Translations under genes and position numbers: made by a program
Part shown: piece by piece, positions 47,150-57,104 of the stretch
Layout of the letters: each line of letters opens with the position of its first letter
Numbering within the stretch: position 1 is the first letter of the stretch
The notes under the pieces: model-generated
What the model was told of the DNA's origin: nothing
Databases searched by the model: none
The model's input: only the letters and a program-made list of their open reading frames with translations
Assembly (NCBI GenBank): GCA_903937035.1
Contig: CAIZXS010000020.1
Location: forward strand, 3,443 to 67,442
Length of the DNA stretch: 64,000 nucleotides
Direction: 5' to 3'
From: an uncultured bacterium
GTDB lineage: Bacteria > Patescibacteriota > Minisyncoccia > Moranbacterales > UBA2206

Positions 47150-48202
47150 TTATTTACTCAGTTCTGCTTCAATTGATGATTTCAATTGTTCATAGGAAAC
47201 AGCACCCTCTTGGAATTGATCATTCACAAACACGCCTGGCGTTCCAGAAATAGCGAAACTATCTGCTTCTTTTTTATCGCTGTCAATCCTATCTTGATAT
47301 TTTTTACTATCCAAGCACTGGTTAAACTTAGCACTATCCAATTTTAAAATCCTCGCATACTCCTTAAATTTATTCACATCCTTAGTTCCACCCCAAACTG
47401 TTTGATCGGCATAAAGTTTGTCAGCGTATTCCCAGAATTTTTCTTGTTCTAAGGCGCATGCAGAGGCGAGCGCGGCACTATTGGCTTGGGGATGAATCTC
47501 AAGTGGCAAGAATTTATAATCAAAAGCAACCCTATCACCATAGTTTTTAATCGCATCCCGCATTGCTTTGTGAAAAAGCTTGCAATACGGACATTGAAAA
47601 TCAGAAAAAACTATTACCTTAACCTTGGTCTCAACTGCCCCGGCGATAGCATCACCTTCATTGATTGTAGGAGTGGCAAGATATTTTCCCACAGGAATCC
47701 CAATATCCTGCGTTCGCAGGGAAAACTGACTGTTCTTTTCATCAAAAAGAGTTTTTGCTTGTGTGTAGAAATCGGTTTTTGTCACAGGCTCTGCGAAAAT
47801 AAAAGCTGGCAATGTTTTTATTCCAAATCTCTCAATCAACTCCTTGCCGTTGTCTGATTTATAGTCGACTTTTTCAGTTGAAACAGTTGGCACAATACGA
47901 CGAAGCCAAACTAACACCTCGGAAACATCACATTTCTCACATGCATCATCATTAATTAATGAAACTGTGACAGCCGGCTCACTATAAGCCACCCATGTTT
48001 TTCCACTAGCTTCAAAAATATCAGATTTATTGAGATTTTTTTCAGAAAAACCACTCTTTCTCACAAGCTGCGCAGTATCAATAAAAAGGCTCCCTAAAAA
48101 CATTCCCAAAAGCAAGATGATAATGGAAATCAAATTTTGCGTTTTCTTTTTTTGCTCCAGAATCTCCTTTGCCTCGATTTCTTTTTGCATATCCTCTTCC
48201 AT
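47150..48202 (-). CDS. membrane-anchored DsbA-family thiol:disulfide oxidoreductase (tandem thioredoxin-like domains)
   Basis: N-terminal TM; second domain carries the CPYC active site (FSDFQCPYCKLF). Confidence 0.75.
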   Translation of the reverse strand: MEEDMQKEIEAKEILEQKKKTQNLISIIILLLGMFLGSLFIDTAQLVRKSGFSEKNLNKSDIFEASGKTWVAYSEPAVTVSLINDDACEKCDVSEVLVWLRRIVPTVSTEKVDYKSDNGKELIERFGIKTLPAFIFAEPVTKTDFYTQAKTLFDEKNSQFSLRTQDIGIPVGKYLATPTINEGDAIAGAVETKVKVIVFSDFQCPYCKLFHKAMRDAIKNYGDRVAFDYKFLPLEIHPQANSAALASACALEQEKFWEYADKLYADQTVWGGTKDVNKFKEYARILKLDSAKFNQCLDSKKYQDRIDSDKKEADSFAISGTPGVFVNDQFQEGAVSYEQLKSSIEAELSK

Positions 48203-48229
48203 AAGCTTATTTTAGATTATTTAAAAAAT

Positions 48230-48727
48230 TTAATTTCCTTCTTGATTAGTCGCCCCTTCAGGACTGGTCTGAGCACCGTCTGACGCCGGAGCATCTGAAT
48301 CATCGATGCTTCCTGAATCATCGACACTACCCTGCTCTTGCGATTTTGTATCATCCTCAATTTGCTTTTGCAATTTAGTCTGAATCTCATTGATATCAAA
48401 GCTTTGCGGTTTTATCTTCATCAAATAGTCATCATAGCCAATAGTAATTTTTTTCAGTGCTTCAGCTTTAAATGCAATACCAACCAAAAATCCAAGTATT
48501 AGCGTGAGAATAAGGCGTGAGCGCAGTTCCGATTTAGTTTTTTTAGCACGCGCTTCTTTCTCGATTTCATCATCTCCGCCAATAGCTTCTCCCGCATTTT
48601 CTTCCTGTGGATCATCTGCCTTGTCCGATTGGGAAATTTCAGCATCTTGAATCTTATTTTCTTCGTTAGTTTCCATACTTCGATACGACGAAGCGTTCTC
48701 TTGGTTTACCATAACTCTTTTACCCAC
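48230..48727 (-). CDS. acidic low-complexity membrane protein, unknown function
   Basis: Single TM (LILTLILGFLVGIAF) flanked by D/E/S-rich regions. Confidence 0.4.
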   Translation of the reverse strand: MGKRVMVNQENASSYRSMETNEENKIQDAEISQSDKADDPQEENAGEAIGGDDEIEKEARAKKTKSELRSRLILTLILGFLVGIAFKAEALKKITIGYDDYLMKIKPQSFDINEIQTKLQKQIEDDTKSQEQGSVDDSGSIDDSDAPASDGAQTSPEGATNQEGN

Positions 48728-48822
48728 CGCAACCCTAGGGTGGAGAGTTCCTGCAAAGAAGATTGGCGTAGTCGATTTATGACTTATACTTTCTTAAATT
48801 CCTTGCTAGCAGTCTACCACAA

Positions 48823-48853
48823 ACAAAAAAGCGCTACAACTTGCGCTTTTTTA
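48823..48853. terminator. bidirectional intrinsic terminator after the efflux cluster
   Basis: aaaaaa-gcgc-tacaactt-gcgc-tttttt. Confidence 0.55.
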
Positions 48854-48878
48854 GGATTTATTGTGTAATTTTTCAAGG

Positions 48879-50132
48879 CTAATCCTTGCGTAAAGCCTCC
48901 ATCGGACTTAAACGCGAAGCCGTGCGGGCAGGATAATAGCCAAAAATTACGCCTGTGGCGACAGAAAAACTAACTGCGAGACTAATCGCATTAGCACTAA
49001 GATTAAAATTAATAGGAAAACCAAAAGAAGCAGATGCATAGGAAAGAACCAGGAGCAAAAAATAACCCAAAATAATTCCGACCATTCCGCCAAAAAAAGT
49101 GATGAAAATTGCTTCCCAAAGAAACTGGCGTAAGATATTTTTCGACTTAGCCCCAACAGCTTTTCGCAAGCCAATCTCAAATGTCCGCTCCGCCACAGCC
49201 ACATACATCACATTCATAATTCCCACTCCACCTACAATCAAAGAAATTGAAGTAAGCGCCAAAAGCAAAATATTGATCGTTTTGAAAACTTTTTCAATCG
49301 TCGCTTGCGCTTCCTTGATCGAGGTCACGCCAAAATCATCTTTGTTGGGATCGGTGATTTTATGTAAACGGCGCATCTCTGCGGTGAGCTCAGCTGAGGT
49401 CACATCGATCAATTTTTCATTGCTCACCTTGACCATAATAAAACGGATGTAGTTGATGCCGAGAATCTTTTTTTGCATCGTCTGGACTGGGATATAGATG
49501 AGATCATCATAGTTAAAACCAGCCACCGCTCCCCGCTCACCAGCCAGTCCGACCACTTTGTAGTTTTGATTATTGATGCGAATGTTTTTTCCTAACGGAT
49601 TATCGTCACCAAAAAAAGCCTCTCGGATATTGCTACCGATAACCGCCACTTGCGCCAGACTTTCATCATCACTCTGTGAAAAAAATGCACCTTCGGTCAA
49701 TTTAGTGTTTTGATCAATTTGATTATATTGCGCGCCAACACCAAACAAAAAAACTCGCTTATTAGTATTTTGATAGCTCGCCAGTTCTTGTGTCATTGTT
49801 CCTGAAGCATAGGCTGCGATATTAGGCACTTTGCTGATTTCTTTCGCGTCGTCAATCGTCATGGTTGTGATTTGAATGCCCGACGCCTGACCAACGGCAT
49901 TTTGGGTTGAGGCTTTGCCGGTAGCGGGCACTTTTACTTCAATCTGAATCAGATCTGTGCCAAAAGCACCCACTTGACTCAAGATAAATCCCTTAACCCC
50001 CTGCCCGAGAGAACTAACTAGAATAACAGCAATCACTCCAATCACAACCCCGACCAAAGTCAAAATTGTTCGTCCCATATTAGAGCGAAGATTTTTAAAA
50101 GCTAATTTAATTGAGACTACTAGCTCATGCAT
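48879..50132 (-). CDS. ABC transporter permease (MacB/FtsX family)
   Basis: MacB_PCD-like periplasmic domain between TM1 and a C-terminal FtsX triple-TM bundle. Confidence 0.8.
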   Translation of the reverse strand: MHELVVSIKLAFKNLRSNMGRTILTLVGVVIGVIAVILVSSLGQGVKGFILSQVGAFGTDLIQIEVKVPATGKASTQNAVGQASGIQITTMTIDDAKEISKVPNIAAYASGTMTQELASYQNTNKRVFLFGVGAQYNQIDQNTKLTEGAFFSQSDDESLAQVAVIGSNIREAFFGDDNPLGKNIRINNQNYKVVGLAGERGAVAGFNYDDLIYIPVQTMQKKILGINYIRFIMVKVSNEKLIDVTSAELTAEMRRLHKITDPNKDDFGVTSIKEAQATIEKVFKTINILLLALTSISLIVGGVGIMNVMYVAVAERTFEIGLRKAVGAKSKNILRQFLWEAIFITFFGGMVGIILGYFLLLVLSYASASFGFPINFNLSANAISLAVSFSVATGVIFGYYPARTASRLSPMEALRKD

Positions 50133-50313
50133 GTTCTATAATATAAAAACCAATTAAAAATGATGCACCCCTTAATTTCAAAATCCTAATGCCAAATTTC
50201 CAATCAACCTCAAAATTCAAAGCTCAAAATATTTTTTGACATTTGGATTTTTAATTTTGTTTGACATTGGAAATTTGAGCTTTGAAATTATCTTGGATTT
50301 GGATTTAGCAATT
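50133..50313. repeat. long AT-rich imperfect palindrome, copy B
   Basis: ttaatttcaaaatcctaatgccaaatttccaa...aaattcaaagctcaaaat // ttgtttgacattggaaatttgagctttgaaatt. Shares 17-25-nt blocks with copy C. Confidence 0.55.
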
Positions 50314-51555
50314 TTACTCGTATCTCAGCGCCTCCATCGGGCTTATCTTTGAAGCTTTGCGAGCAGGATATATTCCAAAAATTAGGCCGATGGCAACAGA
50401 GACTGAAGTTGCGAGAAATATGGCGCTAAGAGTAATAATAAATTCCCAATCATATCCGAGACTTTTAATAATTACTGCGGCCAAGAACGCCACTAAAATA
50501 CCAAAAATTATGCCAAAAATCCCCCCCATCAGTGTGATAAAAATTGACTCAATGAGAAACTGCGAAATAATATGGATATTTTTTGCTCCAACTGCCTTCC
50601 TAAGTCCCACCTCTCTTACTCGCTGATGGACAGAAATAAGCATAATATTCATGATGCCCACGCCACCCACAATAAGTGAAATAGCAGCCACAGCAGCCAA
50701 GAAATATTTCAAAACATTTGTCACGGTTGTGAGCGTTTCAATCGCTTGAGCACTATTTCTTACAGAAAAATCGTCACTCGCATCTGCCCTTATTTTGTGT
50801 TGCTCACGCAAAGTTTTTTTCACATCAATAACGGCACGTTCTAAGTTATCTTTGGAATCAACCTTTATCCGCATAAAATTGATGTAATCAATTCCCAAAA
50901 GTAATTTTTGACCACTAAAAAGAGGAACGTAAATCATATTATCAGTATTGGAAAATCCAACTGAACCACGTTCAGCTAGAACGCCCACAACAGTAAAATT
51001 TGTGTCTTTCAAGGTAATTGTTTTTCCAATCGGATCAACATTTGGAAAAAGATCATGCACTCTATTGGACCCGAGAACTGCCACGTGTGCCAAATTTGTA
51101 TCTTCCTCTTTAATAAAAAATCGGCCGGATTTTAGCTTTATGTCCTCGACGCCCAAGAGGCTAGCAGTAACTCCTTGATAACTAGTTTGATATGAGCCAT
51201 TCTTATTCTTCAGCGTCGCAGAACCTGTCACGTAGGCCACAGCGTCTACCAAGCTTGGCACATTTCTTTTTTCTTGTAGAGCTTTAAGATCGGCGTATTT
51301 CAGAGTCGTCACAACGATTCCCATGGCTGATGCCGGCGGCCCCTCCTCTTCTGACGCTCCCGGCAAAACTCCAATTAGATTTGATCCAACGCCAGAAACT
51401 TGATTTAGAATAAGTTTTTGAGCACTTCCACCGATTGCCATCACCACAATCACGGAAGCAATTCCAATTATGATCCCCAGAATCGTCAAAAAAGAACGGA
51501 GCTTGGCCGCTACTAAATTTTTGTAGGAAATTTTAATTGGAGAAAGGATATTCAT
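50314..51555 (-). CDS. ABC transporter permease (MacB/FtsX family, paralogue)
   Basis: Same architecture as 48879..50132. Confidence 0.8.
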   Translation of the reverse strand: MNILSPIKISYKNLVAAKLRSFLTILGIIIGIASVIVVMAIGGSAQKLILNQVSGVGSNLIGVLPGASEEEGPPASAMGIVVTTLKYADLKALQEKRNVPSLVDAVAYVTGSATLKNKNGSYQTSYQGVTASLLGVEDIKLKSGRFFIKEEDTNLAHVAVLGSNRVHDLFPNVDPIGKTITLKDTNFTVVGVLAERGSVGFSNTDNMIYVPLFSGQKLLLGIDYINFMRIKVDSKDNLERAVIDVKKTLREQHKIRADASDDFSVRNSAQAIETLTTVTNVLKYFLAAVAAISLIVGGVGIMNIMLISVHQRVREVGLRKAVGAKNIHIISQFLIESIFITLMGGIFGIIFGILVAFLAAVIIKSLGYDWEFIITLSAIFLATSVSVAIGLIFGIYPARKASKISPMEALRYE

Positions 51556-51687
51556 AAATCAAAATGGAAAAATCAAAAATCAAAATGACAAAGCAAAATT
51601 AAAAATGAGTTTTAGCAATTTTGTATTTTACATTGTCATTTTCCCTACCTACCGGCAGGCAGACATTTTGAGCTTTGATTTTTCCAT
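51556..51687. repeat. AT-rich palindrome, copy D, plus degenerate GC hairpin
   Basis: caaaatgacaaagcaaaatt ... attttgtattttacattgtcatttt, followed by cctacctaccggcaggcag (related to the inner hairpin of element copy 1). Confidence 0.45.
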
Positions 51688-52416
51688 TTACTTTAATAGT
51701 TCCTTCTCTCCATCCGCAATCCGCCTATGCTTCACCGGATCATCTGCAATAATACTACCATCCTTAACATAGATTATTCTTTTTGCATGTTCGGCAGTAT
51801 ACGTCTCATGTGTAACCAAAATTACGGTATGCCCAGAATCATTTAATTTCTGTAAAATTTTCATCACTTGAAGCCCTGACTTTGAATCCAGATTTCCTGT
51901 TGGCTCATCAGCAAAAATCACCTCTGGATCATTGACTAGGGCTCTTGCTATTGCCACGCGCTGTTTTTCCCCACCAGACAATTGGTTGGAAAAATATTGT
52001 GCCCGATGTTCCATGTCAACAGCATTAAGGGCATCCATCACTTTTTTGGCATTGCTTTTATTTGGCTTTTCATCATAAAGCAAGGGAAGCTCGACATTTT
52101 CGAATACTGTCGTTCTGGACAGCAAATTAAAAGACTGAAAGACAAAGCCAATTTTTCTATTCCTAATCCTAGCCAAAGTATCATCATCAAATGTGAAAGT
52201 ATCTTTGCCTTCGAAAAAATATTTCCCCTCCGTCGGCCGATCCAGAAATCCCAAAATTTGCATCAAAGTTGATTTACCAGAACCTGATGGGCCCATAATA
52301 GAAATGAACTCACCTTTTTCAATTTCAAATGTCGCGCCACAAAGCGCCCGCGTTTCCACACCGTCATTAGAATAGGTCTTGCAAAGATTTCTAACTTGAA
52401 TTAGGGGGTTTGACAT
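51688..52416 (-). CDS. ABC transporter ATP-binding protein (MacB/LolD-type)
   Basis: Walker [10 protein letters not shown], signature [15 protein letters not shown], Walker [13 protein letters not shown]. Confidence 0.9.
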   Translation of the reverse strand: MSNPLIQVRNLCKTYSNDGVETRALCGATFEIEKGEFISIMGPSGSGKSTLMQILGFLDRPTEGKYFFEGKDTFTFDDDTLARIRNRKIGFVFQSFNLLSRTTVFENVELPLLYDEKPNKSNAKKVMDALNAVDMEHRAQYFSNQLSGGEKQRVAIARALVNDPEVIFADEPTGNLDSKSGLQVMKILQKLNDSGHTVILVTHETYTAEHAKRIIYVKDGSIIADDPVKHRRIADGEKELLK

Positions 52417-52491
52417 AAAAAATGATTAGACTATCATAGAATACAAGAAGCTGGTTCCTTTTTAAAACGCTTATTCGAAAGGAAGATGCCC

Positions 52492-52746
52492 ATGATATTC
52501 AAAACAGATACAATACTTTGCAGTTTGGCAAAATGCGAAAAATGCATTTACCGAAAAAATTGCGGTAGGACTTTTGAAGCGTGCAAGGGTAAATTTTTTT
52601 TCCCTGCATACTGCGGATATTGCACTAATGAAACAGGTAGTGGATGCTCAAAAAATCTGAGTATCTACAATCTTGACTCACCTCCAGATTGCTGGGATTT
52701 TTTTCCAAAAACAGTTTGGGGCGTAACAGTTGGCGCAAGAATTTAA
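52492..52746 (+). CDS. small cysteine-rich protein (84 aa) encoded antisense within the efflux cluster
   Basis: AGGAAG RBS 6 nt before ATG 52492; 11 Cys (CEKCIYRKNCG...CKGKFFFPAYCGYCTNETGSGC); own hairpin terminator; no signal peptide. Confidence 0.4.
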   Translation: MIFKTDTILCSLAKCEKCIYRKNCGRTFEACKGKFFFPAYCGYCTNETGSGCSKNLSIYNLDSPPDCWDFFPKTVWGVTVGARI

Positions 52747-52760
52747 GCTCCCACTCCGCC

Positions 52761-52810
52761 GAAAAGCATGCAGTATGTCAGCGAACATACATAAGCCATG
52801 CTTTCTTTTT
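52761..52810. terminator. bidirectional hairpin terminator shared by the small Cys-rich ORF (+) and the HlyD-family gene (-)
   Basis: aaagcatg-ca-gtatgt-cagcga-acatac-ataagc-catgcttt-cttttt. Confidence 0.5.
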
Positions 52811-52812
52811 AT

Positions 52813-54111
52813 TTAAATCGCTTTTGTAAAAGTAACGACTTTGTCACCATTTTTTAAGCCAGATTTTGCCTCAACCATCCCCCCATCACCCTCAAGTCCA
52901 GTGGTAATTTTCACTTCTTGGACCAAATTATTATCACTCAAAACATCCACAAATTTCTCTCCATTTCTGATTTTAATGGCTCTAAGAGGAATCATAAGCA
53001 CATCACCTTTTTCATTGGTCCGCACATCAACATTGGCACTCATTCCTGGCTTCAACCTCAAATCAATTGTGGAAAGTTTCAACTTAATCCCATAATAAAC
53101 TACGTCTTGAATAACAGTTTCAGCTGGATTAATTTCAATGAGCTCTGCCTCGAATTCATCGCCAGTTGGCAGCGCATCAAAAGTAACTTTGGCTTTTTGA
53201 CCAAGCTTTAGTTTCACAATATCCGACTCGGGAATATTAGACTCAATAATAAAATCATCAGCAATAATCCGCGCAAAGGATTCTTTAATCACGCCGGTAC
53301 CCAAAATTTCTCCCACCTTATTATTCACTTCCACGATTGTGCCAGAAACCGGTGCTTTGAGCACGGCTTTCGAGAGATTATTGAGCGCAATCTCATAATT
53401 GGCTTTGGCGTTGTCCACCGAGGCGTTCTTGGAATTGAGCGTGAAATCCGATTCAGTCGTTTTCAATCTAGCTTTCGCCGCGTCCAAAGAATTCTCCGCC
53501 GAAGTAATCGCCAAATCGCGAGATTTTTTAGCAGTATCCAATGCTTCCTCGGCCGCTTTCTTGCTGTTTAGGGCCGTAGTCAAAGTCAACTTATTATTCT
53601 TGGTCGGGCTGTCATTATAAAAATCCAACGCGTCAGAATAATAGTCCTTGGCATTATCGAGTGCCGTCTCCGCCGCGTCAACTCTTTGTTTTTCCAACTT
53701 CTCTGTTTCATCCAAAAAATTATCAGCATTATCCACCGCCACGTCTGATTCACGGATTGCATCATTATTTGATCCAGCATCGGCCACCGCTTTGTTGAGT
53801 GTTGCCTTCGCTACCGCGACTTGACCGGACAGATTGACATTGTCAAGCATCGCGATTGAATCACCCGCAGCTACCTTGTTGCCTTTTTTAATGAAGACTT
53901 TGCTAATTCTTCCACCCAATTCGAAATTAAGCACGATCTCAGAGTCATCCTTTAAATCCCCGGTCGCTGAAACAGTTTGCGATAGATTTCCTTTTTCCAC
54001 CGTTGCGGTCGTATATTCAACTTTGGGTTTTTTGGATTTGGAATAGAAAAAATAGCCTCCGGCAACAAACAAGATTAGGACAAATATGATGGTTTTTTTG
54101 TATCTAAACAT
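52813..54111 (-). CDS. HlyD-family efflux periplasmic adaptor (MacA-like)
   Basis: N-terminal TM, coiled-coil hairpin, beta-barrel and MP domain motifs. Confidence 0.8.
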   Translation of the reverse strand: MFRYKKTIIFVLILFVAGGYFFYSKSKKPKVEYTTATVEKGNLSQTVSATGDLKDDSEIVLNFELGGRISKVFIKKGNKVAAGDSIAMLDNVNLSGQVAVAKATLNKAVADAGSNNDAIRESDVAVDNADNFLDETEKLEKQRVDAAETALDNAKDYYSDALDFYNDSPTKNNKLTLTTALNSKKAAEEALDTAKKSRDLAITSAENSLDAAKARLKTTESDFTLNSKNASVDNAKANYEIALNNLSKAVLKAPVSGTIVEVNNKVGEILGTGVIKESFARIIADDFIIESNIPESDIVKLKLGQKAKVTFDALPTGDEFEAELIEINPAETVIQDVVYYGIKLKLSTIDLRLKPGMSANVDVRTNEKGDVLMIPLRAIKIRNGEKFVDVLSDNNLVQEVKITTGLEGDGGMVEAKSGLKNGDKVVTFTKAI

Positions 54112-54279
54112 GAGTTTTTAATTTCAAAATCCTAATTTCAAATGTCAAATCAATGCCAAAATCCAAATAACAAAATAATTCTAGTGGCTTACTTTTTTGG
54201 ATTTTGTTTGACATTGGAAATTGGAAATTTGGAATTATTATCGAATTGATTCAACATTAGGATTTTTAAATTTCATAGT
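54112..54279. repeat. long AT-rich imperfect palindrome, copy C
   Basis: Outer arms ttaatttcaaaatcctaat / attaggatttttaaatttcat; inner arms caaatgtcaaatcaa...aaaatccaaa / tttggattttgtttgacattgg. Confidence 0.55.
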
Positions 54280-54711
54280 TTACATTAAAATCCCTTGCTT
54301 TTTCTGTCCATCCAACGCTTCATTCACCAGCGCATCCGCAATGGTATTTTTCTCCCTAGGTATATGATAAAACCTAACTGATTTAAAATCAAGCATAAGA
54401 TTCCAAATTTCAATAAAATTCTTTTGAATATATTCCTCTTTCAATTTATACTCGTGATTCAATTGTTTTACAACCAATTCTGAATCTAAACGACATTCAA
54501 TCTCATATTGTCGCGTCTTATCCTTGCCTAAAAGTTGCTTTAGCTTTTTCAGTCCAAATATGAGCGCAGCGTATTCAGCGACATTATTTGTTGCAATGCC
54601 AATGCATTCGCCATATTTTTTGTCTAATGTTTCTACCCAAACACCAATTCCCGCCGGTCCGGGATTGCCCCTTGATCCACCATCGGTATAAATTACGATT
54701 TTATTTGACAT
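54280..54711 (-). CDS. rnhA: ribonuclease HI
   Basis: IYTDGGSRGNPGPAGIGV and DEDD catalytic residues. Confidence 0.9.
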   Translation of the reverse strand: MSNKIVIYTDGGSRGNPGPAGIGVWVETLDKKYGECIGIATNNVAEYAALIFGLKKLKQLLGKDKTRQYEIECRLDSELVVKQLNHEYKLKEEYIQKNFIEIWNLMLDFKSVRFYHIPREKNTIADALVNEALDGQKKQGILM

Positions 54712-54756
54712 AAAATGATGTATTAAATATTACATGATTTACGCGCTTGTCCTGTA

Positions 54757-56469
54757 TTATACAGATTGTCGCAAATCAATTATTTTCATTTGAATTTTTT
54801 TACTTCCATTCCATTCGTCCTCGCTTAAATTGAAAACAATATCAATCTGATCATCATTTTTTAAATCAGGAAATTCAGTTCCTAGCTTAAATCCGATCGC
54901 ATCAAATATCTTTGGATTTCCATCTGTTGACCGAAGTGCTAGTTTCAAATGTTTACTACCATTTCCCACCATTCTCACATCACTGATACGCATATTGCGA
55001 AGCATGAACACGGGCTCTTTGTTTCCCATTCCAAATGGTTCCATTTGCCTCAGTTCACTAATAAACTTCCATTCGATATCTTCTGCTTTTAGCTCAGAAT
55101 CAATTACTATGGTGGAAATTATTTCTTTTTCTGTAAGTTCAAGCTCAATGATCTCTGTCATTTTTGCACAAAATTGCAAAACGTTTTCCGGCACGATTCG
55201 CACACCAGCCGCCTGAGAATGTCCACCGAATTTAGAAAGCAAGTCAGCACACTGCTCCAAGCATTCCACAATATTAATCTCTGGAATACTACGAAGAGAT
55301 CCCACATACTCTTTTTCTTGAATTTGAAAAACAACTGCCGGTTTCTTATATTTGTCCACTACCTTTCCAGCAACAAGACCCAAAATTCCGACTGGCCAAT
55401 GTTCACTCTTAGCAAAAACGAATTTCTTGTCGGAAAAATCACGCTCAGCAACTTCTTCAATCTCTTTGACGATTTCTGCGGTCATTTTTTGTCTTTCTTG
55501 ATTTTTTTCTTCAACTTCCAATGCCAGAACTCGCGCTGCAACACGATCCTTTTCCATGATTAGCTTATAGGAGACACTAGCATGATCCATCCTGCCAGCC
55601 GCATTTATTCTCGGCGCGATCTGATAGGCAATTTTTTGCGTATCAGGAATATTATCCTCTGAAATTTCAATCCGCCCAACCTTAAACATTTCCAAAAGTC
55701 CCACGCGGCGCGTTTTGGAAAGCACAACTAGTCCGTATTTTACAAATGTACGATTTTCTCCAAGTAGTTGCACGCAATCAGCTACAGTCCCAATCGCCAC
55801 AAGATCAAGCATCCACTTCAGCTGATCAATCTTCTCTGGTGCCATCTTTTGATATAGAGCCTGAGCCAATTTAAATGCCACTCCAACACCAGCTAGATCA
55901 GAAAAATCGAAACCGGAATTTTCAAGATGCGGATTGATAACCGCGACTGCTTTTGGTAAAATTTCTGGCGCATGATGGTGATCAGTTATGATCACATCTA
56001 TTCCTAAACTTTTCGCTTTTTCTACTTCAGGGACATTGGTTATTCCCGAGTCCACAGTAATAATTAAAGTAACTCCCTCCTTTTGTAAAAATTCAATTGC
56101 CCTATCATTCATACCATAGCCCTCTAATTGGCGGTCAGGGATATAATAAGTCAGATTGGCGAAACCTAGACTTTCTAAGGTTTCATGAAGCAATGCTGTT
56201 GCGGTAACTCCATCGGCGTCGTAATCACCAAAAATAGCCACCTTTTCCTGATGTTTCTGCGCAATCACAATTCGAGCCACAGCGTCAGACATTCCAGAAA
56301 TCTTCAAAAGATTATCCGAAACAACATAATTAAAACTAAAAAAATCCTCAATTTCTTCTTGAGACACAATACCTCGTCCGGATAATAATTCCAAGATTCG
56401 AGAACTATACTTTTCCGACAAAGAAAAGGCGTTATTATTTTTTTCTCTCAATTCCCATTTTTTTTGCAT
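54757..56469 (-). CDS. recJ: single-stranded-DNA-specific exonuclease RecJ
   Basis: DHH motifs (IITDHHHA) and DHHA1 domain. Confidence 0.9.
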   Translation of the reverse strand: MQKKWELREKNNNAFSLSEKYSSRILELLSGRGIVSQEEIEDFFSFNYVVSDNLLKISGMSDAVARIVIAQKHQEKVAIFGDYDADGVTATALLHETLESLGFANLTYYIPDRQLEGYGMNDRAIEFLQKEGVTLIITVDSGITNVPEVEKAKSLGIDVIITDHHHAPEILPKAVAVINPHLENSGFDFSDLAGVGVAFKLAQALYQKMAPEKIDQLKWMLDLVAIGTVADCVQLLGENRTFVKYGLVVLSKTRRVGLLEMFKVGRIEISEDNIPDTQKIAYQIAPRINAAGRMDHASVSYKLIMEKDRVAARVLALEVEEKNQERQKMTAEIVKEIEEVAERDFSDKKFVFAKSEHWPVGILGLVAGKVVDKYKKPAVVFQIQEKEYVGSLRSIPEINIVECLEQCADLLSKFGGHSQAAGVRIVPENVLQFCAKMTEIIELELTEKEIISTIVIDSELKAEDIEWKFISELRQMEPFGMGNKEPVFMLRNMRISDVRMVGNGSKHLKLALRSTDGNPKIFDAIGFKLGTEFPDLKNDDQIDIVFNLSEDEWNGSKKIQMKIIDLRQSV

Positions 56470-56525
56470 TTCTTGTTTTTTTCAGATTATTCAGCCTGTC
56501 AGCAATATTGCACAAACTGTCAACA

Positions 56526-57095
56526 CTACGCTTGACTAGAATCACACCTCAAGCAAATAATTTTTCCTGTAAATTCTCTTCTTTCCACATTTGTCATTTC
56601 CATATTCAATACCAAATCCTCTCCACAATTTGTACAAGAAAAATCTTCTTTCAATCCCAAGTCATTTGTTAATTTAGAAATATCCCCACCCTTAATATTT
56701 AATTTCAATTTATATCTAACTCGACTAAACAAACCAACAACGCGTGCCACAACCTCCTTTGGCGTAATCATACCTGCTACGAAGAATTCCTTAACTCCCG
56801 CCTCGTCTGCTTTTTTTCGATCCTCTTCTCTTCCAATATGCGAAGACATCACTACTGGAATATTGCTTGTTGCAACATTTTTTGAAAGGGCCTCCTTCAT
56901 TCCAAATCCATCCATCTTTGGCATGATAATACCAGAAAAAATAACGTCGGGAATATTTGCAATTGCCTTATTTATTCCGTCCAGTCCATCTTCCGCTTCT
57001 ATTACCTTAAAGCCTTCCGCCCTAAACACATCTGAATATAGGCTTCTTGTCGCTGCATCATCATCAACAATCAAAATTTTATATTTCTTTTCCAT
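56526..57095 (-). CDS. orphan response regulator (REC domain) with C-terminal zinc-ribbon-like CxxC...CxxC
   Basis: ILIVDDDAATRSLY receiver motif with phospho-acceptor Asp; C-terminus CTNCGED...CLRCD; no HTH output domain and no adjacent kinase. Confidence 0.7.
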   Translation of the reverse strand: MEKKYKILIVDDDAATRSLYSDVFRAEGFKVIEAEDGLDGINKAIANIPDVIFSGIIMPKMDGFGMKEALSKNVATSNIPVVMSSHIGREEDRKKADEAGVKEFFVAGMITPKEVVARVVGLFSRVRYKLKLNIKGGDISKLTNDLGLKEDFSCTNCGEDLVLNMEMTNVERREFTGKIICLRCDSSQA

Positions 57096-57104
57096 ATATT
57101 AAAT

